From contig PLDC01000023.1 in assembly GCA_003134995.1 (NCBI GenBank), forward strand, positions 18,431 to 82,430: DNA of 64,000 nt, in the 5' to 3' direction. Source of the DNA: Acidobacteriaceae bacterium. GTDB lineage: Bacteria; Acidobacteriota; Terriglobia; Terriglobales; Acidobacteriaceae. Made by a program: the position numbers and the translations under genes. How positions within the stretch are numbered: position 1 is the first letter of the stretch; every line of letters starts with the position of its first letter. A model generated the notes under the pieces. The model was given only the letters and a program-made list of their open reading frames with translations. It did no database searches and was not told the origin of the DNA. Positions 30,200-40,525 of this stretch are shown here, in pieces.

Positions 30200-33103
30200 T
30201 TATTCGGAAGACGATGTGCCCAGCAGGCAAACTGCAACGGGGAAGTGTGCGAGGAGTTCTGAGACGGCAATCTTTGGGTCGCCTAGAGGAATGTCCTTGG
30301 CTTCTCCGGTAAATGCGTTCTGATAATTTTTGGATATGCTTCCACTTGGAAGCAAGACTTGAGTATCGCCCCACACACTTGATCCCGTCGGCGGCAGATT
30401 GCTGTCGGCTAGCGCACTGGCGACCAGCCGCGGAACCACTACGAGCACACTCGCGTGCTCATCTTTTCGAATGAATGCTACAACGTGATCCGCTTTCGCT
30501 CCTTGAACACTGAGCGGCAAATATTCTCCCTGCTGAAAAACACCGGGCCACTGTTTGCGCAGGCAGAGCGTTTTCCAGATCACATACATCTTGAGACGGT
30601 CGTCCTCGGGGGTTTCCAGCAGGCGGCTCACCGATGTTGCATCCGGGCTGGCACTCCATTTTCGGATACTCCCAAAAACCCGCGTGCGGTGATCATAATC
30701 GACTGGACGCCGGTTGTCGGGATCAACCAGGCTGAAATCCCACAAGTCGTTGCCCTGATAGATGTCGGGGACGCCGGGAGTTGTGAGCTTGAGAACCGTC
30801 TGAGACAGGCTGTTCCACAGGCCAATGCCCGCTACAAGGCGCTGGAAGGGAATGAAGTCATTCAGAAAACGGTTCTTGGCGCCGGGAGTCAGCAATGCTT
30901 TCACAAACTTCGAAACCGCATTTTCGTAAGGAACATTCTGATTGATCCAACTGGTGTTGCGCTTGCTCTCGCGGATCGCCTTCAGCATGTAGTTTTCGAT
31001 CCGCTCCGAAAAAGTCTTCCAATCGTTCTTGTCGCCCAGAGGTTCGAGCGGCCAGGCGCCCACCAACGTCTGATAAAGCATGTACTCATCGTTCGGCGAA
31101 GGGGCTGGCTTGTCATCGACCACGGACCTGTGGCTGCGATTGAAGCGCTTCCAATCGCGTACCCGCATTCGCCATAGCGCAGGCATCTCTGAAAGCACAT
31201 TGATGCGGGCGCGCACGTCCTCAGAGCGCTTCGAGTCGTGCGTGCTGGTGGCCAGCATGGTGTGCGGCCAATCGCGGAGACGTTCTTCATTTGCCCGATG
31301 AAACTCAGGCGAGGTGATTCCGAAGCGGTGAAGATCTCCGCCAACGTCATTCAACGAGATGAGACGGTGGTAGCGGTAAAAGGCCGTGTCTTCGAGTCCC
31401 TTCGCCATTACGGGGCTGGTGAACTGCTGGAATTTCATCGCGAAAGCGGTAACCGCATTTCGGTAAGCGTCATCGTGGCCTTCGGCGATGCGAGTGAGAA
31501 GTACTCCGCGAATGAAATCGAAAACGCTGGTGTCGTTGGCCGGGCTTTTTGCTTTTGCCGAATTGATGGCGGTGCCGATGTAAGACACATCTGTCTCTGC
31601 GACGCCGGAGAGGCTGATGTAAGTGCGGTACACAGGAAAGCTGGCGACCACCTCGGTTAGCGCATCCCGCAGGCTGTTGAGAGTGAAATCGCAAGTGTGC
31701 CGCTTGGCGAGCGCGATGCGCGAAAGTTGATGGGCCAGCACGTTCAACTCGCTGGCCAGAGCGACCCTGACAATAAGTTTTCGACAACGATAAGCGAGAT
31801 CGTCGAAATCGATGGTATCGCCGATAAAATTTCGGTAAATGCGCTCGAAGCGGCTGACGGCCGCGGGATCGACAAACAATCCGTTCACGAGGTTTGCGAA
31901 ATCGTAGCCGGTTGTGCCGCAAATTGGCCACCCGGCGGGCAGGCGTTCTGCGCCGGTAAGGATTTTCTCAATCACTACATAACGCGATTCGTTTTCCGGA
32001 TCGTTTACGGCGGCTGCGATAGCCTGGCGAAGGCGTTCGAAATATTGCGCGGGATCGTAGAGGCCATCGGGATGGTCGATGCGCAGGCCGTCGACTTTTC
32101 CCTCGGCCATAAACTTCAGAACCAGACGATGAGTTGCTTCAAACACGGTCTCGTTTTCCGTGCGAAGGGCGGCGAGATCGTTGGTGTCGAAGAAGCGCCG
32201 ATAGTTGATGTCGTCGGCGGCGACTCTCCAGTTCGCCAGGCGGAAGGCTTGTGCTTTGATGAGTTCGTGGAGTTGCTCGAAGCTCGCGGGGTCTGTGGGG
32301 TTTCCGTTGATCGAGTCGACGGCTTCGTTCACGGCGGCCGCTATTTCCGGCGCTCGCGCGCAAACTTCTGCCAGCCTGCGCTTGTGAATTTCCTTGTCGC
32401 GATTGCGCTCGACTGCACGATCGCTGCTCACTTCCTGACGTGCCGGCAAGTGCCCGAAAGATGCGATCAAGCTTTGAAATTCCAACAGGTCTAAATTTTG
32501 CTCGCTCAGTCGTGCCGACAGCTTGCCCGTGGCCCGCTCGAGGATTCGAGGGTAAACCCTTGGGTTCACGGGGAAGCGGTGATCGCGATAGGAAATATCG
32601 AACTCGCCCCGCTCCGGATGGAAAACCAGTTTCAACTCGCCGCTTTCGAGCACCGCGCCGTAATGGTCGTGCAGCACCGGCACGAGCACTTTCGATTCGA
32701 GTTCGTCTTTCAGCGGATGCCAGTCGATATCGAAAAAACCGGCGTAGGACGAGGCTTCGCCGTTCTCCAGGACATCGAGCCACCACGCATTGTCGCTGCC
32801 CATCACTCCCATATGGTTGGGGACGATGTCGAGAATCAGTCCCATATCGTGTTGGTGGAGAGCGGCCACAAAGCCATCGAATTCTTCGGGGCTTCCGATT
32901 TCTGGGTTGAGTGAGTTGTGATCGACGATGTCGTAGCCGTGCATGCTTCCGGGACGAGCCTTCAGGCACGGAGAAACGTAGCAATGACTGATGCCCAGCG
33001 CGGCAAGATAGGGAACTATTGCCTTAGCCTGGTTGAAAGTAAAGTCGCGATTGAGCTGCAAGCGATAGGTGGCGCGCGGAAGTTTGGATTCTGCCTTCAT
33101 CAT
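30200..33103 (-). CDS. treY: Malto-oligosyltrehalose synthase
   Basis: LPRATYRLQLNRDFTFNQAKAIVPYLAALGISHCYVSP...LILDIVPNHMGV. The start ATG overlaps the treZ stop (ATGATGA at 33097-33103). Confidence 0.9.
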   Translation of the reverse strand: MMKAESKLPRATYRLQLNRDFTFNQAKAIVPYLAALGISHCYVSPCLKARPGSMHGYDIVDHNSLNPEIGSPEEFDGFVAALHQHDMGLILDIVPNHMGVMGSDNAWWLDVLENGEASSYAGFFDIDWHPLKDELESKVLVPVLHDHYGAVLESGELKLVFHPERGEFDISYRDHRFPVNPRVYPRILERATGKLSARLSEQNLDLLEFQSLIASFGHLPARQEVSSDRAVERNRDKEIHKRRLAEVCARAPEIAAAVNEAVDSINGNPTDPASFEQLHELIKAQAFRLANWRVAADDINYRRFFDTNDLAALRTENETVFEATHRLVLKFMAEGKVDGLRIDHPDGLYDPAQYFERLRQAIAAAVNDPENESRYVVIEKILTGAERLPAGWPICGTTGYDFANLVNGLFVDPAAVSRFERIYRNFIGDTIDFDDLAYRCRKLIVRVALASELNVLAHQLSRIALAKRHTCDFTLNSLRDALTEVVASFPVYRTYISLSGVAETDVSYIGTAINSAKAKSPANDTSVFDFIRGVLLTRIAEGHDDAYRNAVTAFAMKFQQFTSPVMAKGLEDTAFYRYHRLISLNDVGGDLHRFGITSPEFHRANEERLRDWPHTMLATSTHDSKRSEDVRARINVLSEMPALWRMRVRDWKRFNRSHRSVVDDKPAPSPNDEYMLYQTLVGAWPLEPLGDKNDWKTFSERIENYMLKAIRESKRNTSWINQNVPYENAVSKFVKALLTPGAKNRFLNDFIPFQRLVAGIGLWNSLSQTVLKLTTPGVPDIYQGNDLWDFSLVDPDNRRPVDYDHRTRVFGSIRKWSASPDATSVSRLLETPEDDRLKMYVIWKTLCLRKQWPGVFQQGEYLPLSVQGAKADHVVAFIRKDEHASVLVVVPRLVASALADSNLPPTGSSVWGDTQVLLPSGSISKNYQNAFTGEAKDIPLGDPKIAVSELLAHFPVAVCLLGTSSSE

Positions 33104-34914
33104 GCTAGAAACCAGGCCACGGACCACGCGGGCAGCGTTCCTCGGTTTAGAGCATCGTCACTCACTTCCTCGCTTGCATAAATCAGTTTAGAAGTTGGAG
33201 GAGTGAGCGAGACGATAGGATCTGCACTAAGATTCGCCAGCAGATCGAGCTTCGCTCCGTCTGGAAAATCCCAATGCGCGGTGAGAGCACGATCTTCGAG
33301 CACCTCATAATGTGCTTTGATGGCGCATGCTTCCGCCAGGTGACAAACAATGTGTTGACATCGCAGTTTCAGGAGTTGGCGATAGAAGTCCAGCCAATCG
33401 CGATTCGGCGTTTGCGCCAGGTCTTTCCAATCGAGGCGCGAAGTGTCAAACGTTGAAGCGGCGTTTGGGTCAGGGATGCCTGCGCGTGAAGCGGGATCGT
33501 TGAATCTGGCGAAGCGAGCGAATTCATTGCGTCGTCCCGCCGCGACTGCCTCGGCGAGACCTTTCTCGAAATCGCAGAAAAAAAGAAATGGAGCCTTGCT
33601 GCCGAACTCTTCGCCCATGAAAAGCAATGGCGGAGATGGGGCAAGCAGAAGAATCGCCGTGGCTGCCCGCACTGCTCGCGGCTCTGCGAGGGTTGCAATG
33701 CGCTCGCCGAACGCACGATTGCCGATCTGGTCGTGATTCTGCAGGAAAGAAATAAATGCGCCCGGAGGCAGCCCCACGGTGGACTCACCACGCACGTCTC
33801 CATTGCGCAAGATGGAACGCTCGCCCTGATAAGCAAATCCCTCAACCAGGCAGCGCCCTAACTGATTAAGCGGATGCTCGGCATAGTCCACATAATAACC
33901 ATCGTGCTCGCCGGTGATTAGAACGTGCAGCGTGTGGTGGATATCGTCATTCCATTGCGCGTTGTAGCGCTGAATCTGGCAGTGTTGCGTTCGTTGCAGG
34001 TAGCGCGCCTGGTTGTGATCGTTTTCAAGGATGAGATGGACGTGGCGATCCGGCTCAATCGAACTTCGCACTGCATCCGCAAGTTCAGTAAGGATGTGAG
34101 GCTTGGAGTCGTCAAGGATGGCATGAACCGCGTCCAGCCGGAGTCCGTCGAAGTGATATTCGTTTAGCCAGTGCAGTGCGTTGTGGATGAGAAAGTCACG
34201 GACGGTGCGGCTGTCGGGTCCATCGAAATTGATGGCATTGCCCCAGGGAGTCTTGTGCCGATCGGTAAAAAACTGCGGCGCGTAGGAATTGAGATAATTT
34301 CCTTCCGGGCCGAAATGGTTGTAGACCACATCGAGGAGAATCATCAGCCCGCGATCATGCGCGCTCTGAACCAGCGCTTTTAGATCTTCGGGCCGACCGT
34401 AGGCGCTGTCGGTCGCGAACGGAAGCACGCCGTCGTAACCCCAATTGCGCTTGCCGGGAAAGTCGGCGACCGGCATGAGTTCGATCGCTGTGATCCCTAG
34501 ATTCGCCAGATAATCGAGACGCTCGGCCACGGCGGAAAATGTGCCCGCGGGCGTGAACGCTCCGACGTGCAGTTCGTAGATAACTGCCTCTTCCCATGGG
34601 CGACCGCGCCAGGCTTCGTCTTGCCAGCCGAAGCTTGTCGGGTCGATCACTTCGCTTGGCCCGTGCACGTCCTGCGGCTGAAAGCGCGAGGCCGGGTCGG
34701 GAACTTCCTGACCGCCATCGATTCGGAAACGGTATTGCGTCCCTGGCGTGGCTGCGTCGGTCGCTAGCTCAAACCAGCCTTGGTCGCGCGATCGCATGGG
34801 AAAAATTCTTGAGCCGTTCGAGCCCACGAGGCAGAGATCAACCTTGTGCGCGGCCGGAGCCCACAGGCGAAAACGGACGCTGCCGTCGTCTCGGCACTCT
34901 GCGCCGAATGGCAT
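33100..34914 (-). CDS. treZ: Malto-oligosyltrehalose trehalohydrolase
   Basis: MPFGAECRDDGSVRFRLWAPAAHKVDLCL...GLMILLDVVYNHFGPEGNY...FDGLRLDAVHAI. ATG 34914 lies 1 nt after the glgX stop, so it is preferred to the track start at 34971. Confidence 0.9.
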   Translation of the reverse strand: MPFGAECRDDGSVRFRLWAPAAHKVDLCLVGSNGSRIFPMRSRDQGWFELATDAATPGTQYRFRIDGGQEVPDPASRFQPQDVHGPSEVIDPTSFGWQDEAWRGRPWEEAVIYELHVGAFTPAGTFSAVAERLDYLANLGITAIELMPVADFPGKRNWGYDGVLPFATDSAYGRPEDLKALVQSAHDRGLMILLDVVYNHFGPEGNYLNSYAPQFFTDRHKTPWGNAINFDGPDSRTVRDFLIHNALHWLNEYHFDGLRLDAVHAILDDSKPHILTELADAVRSSIEPDRHVHLILENDHNQARYLQRTQHCQIQRYNAQWNDDIHHTLHVLITGEHDGYYVDYAEHPLNQLGRCLVEGFAYQGERSILRNGDVRGESTVGLPPGAFISFLQNHDQIGNRAFGERIATLAEPRAVRAATAILLLAPSPPLLFMGEEFGSKAPFLFFCDFEKGLAEAVAAGRRNEFARFARFNDPASRAGIPDPNAASTFDTSRLDWKDLAQTPNRDWLDFYRQLLKLRCQHIVCHLAEACAIKAHYEVLEDRALTAHWDFPDGAKLDLLANLSADPIVSLTPPTSKLIYASEEVSDDALNRGTLPAWSVAWFLA

Positions 34915-34915
34915 G

Positions 34916-37108
34916 TTATGACGGCGCTTCATTGCTCTCTTCTTTCGCTTCTTCCTTTTTGTCGTTTCCAACGCCGTTGCCGCGACGCTCCATCAACACT
35001 GCCAAAGAGCGCGCCTGCAGGGGATAAACCGCGCCGGAGTCATACGTGCCGGCGGGATGCAAGCCATCATCGCGAGATGTATCCATCCACGCGCCCCAGC
35101 GAAATCCGGGATGGAACGCCGGCAGCGTGAATACAACGTCTTCGTGATGGGCGTTCAGCAGCACGAGAAAGTTTTCGTCGCCAACTTTACGGCCGCGCTC
35201 ATCCGTCTCTTCCAGTCCCTGGCCTGCGAGAAACATTCCGAGGCAGCAGACCGACGGATCGCGCCATTCGTCTTCGCTCATCTCAGAGCCTTTTGGATTG
35301 AGCCACAGAACATCCTTTACGTTTGCGCCTTTGATCGGGCGGCCCTGAAAAAAACGCCTGCGACGGAACACCGGATGCCGCTTGCGCAAATTGATCATGC
35401 GCTGCACGAACGCCAGCAGATTGCGATCTTCCGGCTGAAGAACCCAGCCTAGCCAACTGATCGGATTATCCTGGCAATAGGCATTGTTATTTCCCATCTG
35501 CGTGTGGCCAATCGCATCTCCGGCATACACCATGGGCACGCCTTGGGAGAGCAGCAGCGTTGCGATGAAGTTCCGTTTCTGCTTGGCACGCAGTGCTTGA
35601 ATGTTCGCGTCGTCAGTGGGACCTTCCGCGCCGCAATTCCAGCTTCGGTTGTCGTTGTTGCCGTCGCGGTTGTTTTCGCCGTTGGCTTCGTTATGTTTTT
35701 CGTTGTAGCTGACCAGATCCTGCAAGGTGAAGCCGTCGTGCGCGGTGACAAAATTTATGCTGGCGTAAGGACGCCGGCCACTGTGCGCATAAAGATCGCT
35801 CGATCCAGTCAGGCGATAGGCTAAATCTCCCACCACTCCACTATCGCCTTTCCAATACTTGCGCACGGTGTCGCGATAGCGATCGTTCCACTCCGCCCAT
35901 CCGACGGGAAAGTTTCCCACCTGATAGCCACCTTCGCCGAGATCCCAGGGCTCGGCAATTAACTTTACCTGCGACAGCACGGGGTCCTGGTGAATGATGT
36001 CGAGAAATGCGCCGAGGCGGTCGACTGCATGGAGTTCCCGGGCGAGGGTTGCAGCCAGGTCGAAGCGAAAACCGTCGACGTGCATTTCGAGAACCCAGTA
36101 GCGCAGGCTGTCCATGATGAGCTGCAGCACACGCGGATGCCGCATGTTCAGCGTGTTTCCGGTTCCGGTGTAATCGTTGTAGTAGCGGCGATTGCCTGGC
36201 GTCAGGCGGTAATATGTGCTGTTGTCGATGCCTTTCAACGAGAGCGTTGGGCCTAGATGATTGCCTTCCGCGGTGTGGTTGTAGACGACGTCGAGAATCA
36301 CTTCCAATCCCGCTGAGTGCAAAACCTTGACCATGGTTTTGAATTCAGCGATCGAGCCGGTGGCGAGATAGCGAGGCTCAGGCGCAAGAAAGCCAATCGA
36401 GTTGTAACCCCAATAGTTGCGCAGGCCGCGCTCCACTAGTTGGCGATCATCCACGAAAGCATGCACCGGCATAAGTTCGACCGACGTTACACCAAGACGC
36501 GTGAGGTATTCGATGACCGGAGCGGTCGCCAGCCCCGCGTAGGTTCCGCGAAGGTGGGGCGGAACGTCGGGATGGCACATCGTGAACCCCTTTACGTGGA
36601 GTTCGTAGATCACGGTTTCGTGCCAGGGAATGGCGGGCGGCCGATCGGTGCCCCACGTGAAAGCGGAATCGATGACTTGATTCTTCGGCATTCCGGCAGC
36701 ATCGTCGCGCCGGTCAAAAGACAGATCTTCCTGTTTGTTCCCGACCTTGTATCCAAAATGCGAATCGCTCCAACGGATTGCCCCGTACACCTGCTTGCCG
36801 TAGGGATCCAGCAGAAGTTTATGATGATTAAAACGGTGGCCCTGCTCGGGGGCGTAAGGGCCATACACGCGGTATCCGTACAACTGGCCGGGACGTATTT
36901 CTGGCAGATAGCCGTGCCACACCATGTCAGTCTGCTCGGGTAGCGTTATGCGAAGACTCTCGCGTCTGCCGGCGCTGTCAAATAAACAAAGCTCGACCTT
37001 CTCGGCGTGCTCGGAATACAGCGCGAAGTTAACGCCTTCGCCGTCCCAGGTTGAGCCTAACGGGTATGGGCGGCCGGGCCACACAACGGGCTGTGATGGA
37101 AGGGGCAT
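34916..37108 (-). CDS. glgX: Glycogen debranching enzyme GlgX/TreX
   Basis: 730 aa. [30 protein letters not shown]...[13 protein letters not shown]...DGFRFDLA...EPWD. Confidence 0.92.
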   Translation of the reverse strand: MPLPSQPVVWPGRPYPLGSTWDGEGVNFALYSEHAEKVELCLFDSAGRRESLRITLPEQTDMVWHGYLPEIRPGQLYGYRVYGPYAPEQGHRFNHHKLLLDPYGKQVYGAIRWSDSHFGYKVGNKQEDLSFDRRDDAAGMPKNQVIDSAFTWGTDRPPAIPWHETVIYELHVKGFTMCHPDVPPHLRGTYAGLATAPVIEYLTRLGVTSVELMPVHAFVDDRQLVERGLRNYWGYNSIGFLAPEPRYLATGSIAEFKTMVKVLHSAGLEVILDVVYNHTAEGNHLGPTLSLKGIDNSTYYRLTPGNRRYYNDYTGTGNTLNMRHPRVLQLIMDSLRYWVLEMHVDGFRFDLAATLARELHAVDRLGAFLDIIHQDPVLSQVKLIAEPWDLGEGGYQVGNFPVGWAEWNDRYRDTVRKYWKGDSGVVGDLAYRLTGSSDLYAHSGRRPYASINFVTAHDGFTLQDLVSYNEKHNEANGENNRDGNNDNRSWNCGAEGPTDDANIQALRAKQKRNFIATLLLSQGVPMVYAGDAIGHTQMGNNNAYCQDNPISWLGWVLQPEDRNLLAFVQRMINLRKRHPVFRRRRFFQGRPIKGANVKDVLWLNPKGSEMSEDEWRDPSVCCLGMFLAGQGLEETDERGRKVGDENFLVLLNAHHEDVVFTLPAFHPGFRWGAWMDTSRDDGLHPAGTYDSGAVYPLQARSLAVLMERRGNGVGNDKKEEAKEESNEAPS

Positions 37109-37626
37109 TTATCCAGAACCTCTAACCAAGACTTTTAACCTTGACTCTAAGTTTGAACCGTATGAAGTTGGGAAGCGTTGCACCTGTGGAATCTAGCACA
37201 TGCGCATTGCTGTCCCGTGTTGCAGAGCTATCATGTGCCGCTAGCGGCCCTGCTAATCTTGCCGGTCGGTGCTCAGCTCATTGGCACGTTTGTTTGTCTC
37301 TTTTTCCGGCGCAATATTGACCGAGCCCGATCGCAACGTCGTAAAGGCTGCCGCGCCAAAGAGTAGGTAGCTTGAGGTTTGCACGCTCTAGCGGCGGCAT
37401 AGGGGCGAGAATGGTGGTGGTCGAGCACATGTTAGAGCGCTCCCAACGAACGCAATCTCGAGATCGGACTGTGTTGCCCCTGGTACTTCATCCAGGATGT
37501 GCGCGCTATAGAAGGCAGAAGCCAGAATGACAGGCAGCAGAAGAAAACTGTTCTTGGCGACATCTGTACCTCTTTCTGGGGTGCGAAACAAAGTGCGCGG
37601 CACCCGTTCCAACCGACGCAGAGAAG

Positions 37627-38018
37627 ATGATGAACGGAGCGATTGTGGTTGGTCGCTAGGGTGATTCAGGGAGAAGCGTACCGGATTTCTGGTATGCAGA
37701 GAAAGAAGCGAGGCGGGTGCGCGCTAAGATCCTCATGTCGACTGTGAACTACGGAGAAGTGTATGGGCTGATTCTCCGCGAATTCGGTCGCGAGCAAGCT
37801 GTTGCCGCCGTGCACGCCGTCTGACCGCTGCCTGTCGAGTTGGTGGACGTCACGCCGCAAAGAGCATGTCACGCCGCCGATATAAAGGCCCGCTACAAGC
37901 TCCACTACTCGGATAGCCTTGCGGCGGCGCTGGCGATCGAACACAAGGGAACGCTGGTCACCAGCGATTCTGATTTCCGCAAACTCGGGCACGATTTCCC
38001 GGTGGTTTGGTTGAAGTG
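37627..38018 (+). pseudogene. PIN-domain (VapC-like) toxin gene interrupted by two in-frame stops
   Basis: Frame-1 reading: MMNGAIVVGR*GDSGRKVPDFWYAEKEARRVRAKILMSTVNYGEVYGLILREFGREQAVAAVHAV*PLPVELVDVTPQRACHAADIKARYKLHYSDSLAAALAIEHKGTLVTSDSDFRKLGHDFPVVWLK. In-frame stops are TAG 37657-37659 and TGA 37822-37824. The C-terminal ...D.L.AA.A......LvT.D.dF... is the PIN fourth-acidic-residue region. Confidence 0.45.
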
Positions 38019-38035
38019 AGAGCCGCTCGCGCCGC

Positions 38036-38395
38036 CTAGCCCGGTTGTATCCGGGGCGAAGGCAGTTGAGATGCCGGTTCGCCGGCCTCGAGCGTCCGCA
38101 GGCACTCGCGTATGTCCTGGCAAAGCAACGTGACCGATATGCCCCCGAAGTCTGATGGATAGCGGTCGAGCCGCCTGAGCGCAGCTTGAAGAAGCAGCAT
38201 CGTTCCCAACGAATTGTTCCGGCGCAGGTGATGGAACGCCGCGGTTACCTGAATCACTCCCTGCAAGAATGTCTTCTCCGGTTCAAGCGCCGCCAGCCAT
38301 ACCGTTTCCCAAGCTTCATGGGCCGTAAAGAACTCGCCTGCTTCGTACAATCGCAGGCCTTCTGCCAGGGCTCCTTCGCTCCAATCGAATTTCAT
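38036..38395 (-). CDS. DUF309-family protein
   Basis: 119 aa. GLRLYEAGEFFTAHEAWETVW...LQGVIQVTAAFHHLRRNNSLG fits the DUF309 pattern. Confidence 0.7.
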   Translation of the reverse strand: MKFDWSEGALAEGLRLYEAGEFFTAHEAWETVWLAALEPEKTFLQGVIQVTAAFHHLRRNNSLGTMLLLQAALRRLDRYPSDFGGISVTLLCQDIRECLRTLEAGEPASQLPSPRIQPG

Positions 38396-38622
38396 AATCT
38401 GCGAATACTGCTACAAGCTAGCATGGGGCTGTTCGGTTTTCGACAACGGTTCGGATCCAATCTGGTACGAGCACTGCCAGAAAATATCGTCCTCCACACA
38501 ACCTGTCGCGCGCCGGCTGTGACGGGTGTACACTGTTGCGCAGCATTGGAAGGGAATCCCGACTGATGGGATGATCGACTGCGGGACGCCCTGCCTTCCC
38601 CCCGGCGATTGCGGAAGTTTTT

Positions 38623-40503
38623 ATGAGAAGTTCTCCGGAAGCCAGGCGGCCTTTTACGGCCAGCGGTGCAGCGAGAACCATATTCGTCGCCGCTTGTTCG
38701 CACGTCTTTTTACTCCTCTGCACGCTGTTATTTTTCGTTTGTCCAACGGCACTCACGCAGGACGCGCAGACCCCCGCCACAAGCCCCGCCCCACAATCCG
38801 AAACAAAGGAGACTTCAGCAGAAGTCGTCGCCCACGACGAACCCACTACCTTCAAGGTAAATGTAAAGCTGGTGGTGGTGCGCGCGGTAGTCCGCGACTC
38901 CGAGGGACACGCAATCGGGAATCTTCACGAAGAGGACTTTCAGGTTTTCGACAAGGGCAAGCCGCAAATCATTACGCAGTTCGACGTAGAGCAGTCCGGA
39001 GCGCTGGCCGCAAAAGCGCGCGCGAAGTCAATCGAGAACTCCGGCGATATTCCTTCCAGCGAGGCTGCTCCTAATACTCAGCCCGCGCCCGCCGCGCCGG
39101 AGCGTTTTGTAGCTTACATGTTCGACGATGTCCATCTCGAATTCGGCGATCTCGCGCATGTACGGGAGGCCGCGGAGCGCCACTTTGCCAGTCTCAAGCC
39201 GACAGATCGCGCCGCCATCTTTACCACATCAGGTCAAACGATTCTGGATTTTACCGACGATCGCGCCAAATTGCATGATACGTTGCTCCGCTTGCGGCCC
39301 AGCCCGATCAACTCTGGCAACTTTGCGCATCAGTGCCCGGAGATCAGTTACTACCAGGCCGATCTGATCGTCAACAAACATGACAACGAGGCTACGCAGG
39401 TCGCTATTCAGGAGGCCGGCGAATGTGGCCCCACGGTCCAGCAAGGATTCAGTTCCGCACCGCAGGGAAATCCCGCAGGGGTCGTGAACGCCCTCAGCGT
39501 TGGCGTACTTACTGCTGGCGAGCACGAAAGCCGCGTCTCACTGCTCTCGCTGAAGGATGTAGTTCGCAATCTCTCGCTAAAGCCCGGACAGCGCAGTGTC
39601 GTCCTCGTCTCCCCAGGGTTTATCGCTCCAGATCTCGAGTACGAATACACAGACATCGTCGATCGCGCGGTGCGCTCGCAGATTGTCGTTAACACAATGG
39701 ATGCTCGCGGGCTGTACGTCGTCATCCCTTACGGGGATGCGAGTCACAATCCCCCAGTCATCCCTGGCGACAGCTCGTTTAACAGCACCGTTTCTACCAG
39801 TAAGAGCCTCATGGAAACCGCGGCTGCATCCGCTCAGGATGACCTGCTCGCTACCTTGGCTGACGGCACAGGCGGTACTTTCTTTCACAACAACAACGAC
39901 TTCAACGAAGGTTTCCGGCGCGTTGCCGAGTCTCCAGAATATTCCTACGTTCTGGGTTTCGTTCCGCAAAATCTTAAGCTCGATGGCAGCTTCCACAGCC
40001 TGAAGGTCACGCTGAAGAATCCTCAGAAGAAGCTGACCCTGCAAGCACGACGCGGTTATTTCGCCCCCAAGAACGCTATCGATCCGAACGAGCAGGCCGC
40101 ACAGGAAATCGAAGACGCAATGTACTCGCAGGAGGAGTTGCACAATCTTCCGGTCAACCTGCGCACGCAATTTTTTAAAGCCAGCGACGAGAATGCCAAG
40201 CTTGTCGTCGTCGCCCACGTGGATGTAAAGCGCCTGCGCTTCCGAAAAGTTGAAGGGCGGAACGACAACGTTTTGACGTGCGTTTCGGTTTTATTCAACA
40301 GCAATGGCCGCTTCATTGATGGAACGAAAAAGACCGTCACCATGCACTGGAAGGACGAAACTCTGGCCCACAAGCTTGATTCCGGCATGACGCTGAAGAC
40401 GAGCTTCGATGTGAAACCCGGGAGCTATCTGGTCCGGCTGGTGGTAAGGGATGCAGAAGGGCAGTTGATGTCCGCGGAAAATGGAACGGTTGAGATTCGT
40501 TAG
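38623..40503 (+). CDS. VWA-domain protein of the acidobacterial 'VWFA-related' type, N-terminally anchored or secreted
   Basis: 626 aa. Hydrophobic N-terminus, then TFKVNVKLVVVRAVVRDSEGHAIGNLHEEDFQVFDKGKPQIITQF, VWA core FVAYMFDDVHLEF...VVLVSPGF...NTMDARGL...LADGTGGTFF. C-terminal beta-rich region. Paralogous to the next gene. Confidence 0.8.
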   Translation: MRSSPEARRPFTASGAARTIFVAACSHVFLLLCTLLFFVCPTALTQDAQTPATSPAPQSETKETSAEVVAHDEPTTFKVNVKLVVVRAVVRDSEGHAIGNLHEEDFQVFDKGKPQIITQFDVEQSGALAAKARAKSIENSGDIPSSEAAPNTQPAPAAPERFVAYMFDDVHLEFGDLAHVREAAERHFASLKPTDRAAIFTTSGQTILDFTDDRAKLHDTLLRLRPSPINSGNFAHQCPEISYYQADLIVNKHDNEATQVAIQEAGECGPTVQQGFSSAPQGNPAGVVNALSVGVLTAGEHESRVSLLSLKDVVRNLSLKPGQRSVVLVSPGFIAPDLEYEYTDIVDRAVRSQIVVNTMDARGLYVVIPYGDASHNPPVIPGDSSFNSTVSTSKSLMETAAASAQDDLLATLADGTGGTFFHNNNDFNEGFRRVAESPEYSYVLGFVPQNLKLDGSFHSLKVTLKNPQKKLTLQARRGYFAPKNAIDPNEQAAQEIEDAMYSQEELHNLPVNLRTQFFKASDENAKLVVVAHVDVKRLRFRKVEGRNDNVLTCVSVLFNSNGRFIDGTKKTVTMHWKDETLAHKLDSGMTLKTSFDVKPGSYLVRLVVRDAEGQLMSAENGTVEIR

Positions 40504-40525
40504 AAACCGCACGGGGGGATGAAAT

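Noticed and set aside
32139-32984. 281-aa Arg-rich minus-strand ORF inside treY (alternate frame)
   Set aside because: Out-of-frame overlap with a gene of confident function. The extreme Arg/Ser/Pro composition is typical of off-frame GC-rich translation.
37178-37612. Small ORFs 37178..37366(+) and 37388..37612(-) in the glgX-vapC spacer
   Set aside because: No RBS, no similarity, and in-frame continuation across stops suggests decayed sequence. I cannot support them as genes.
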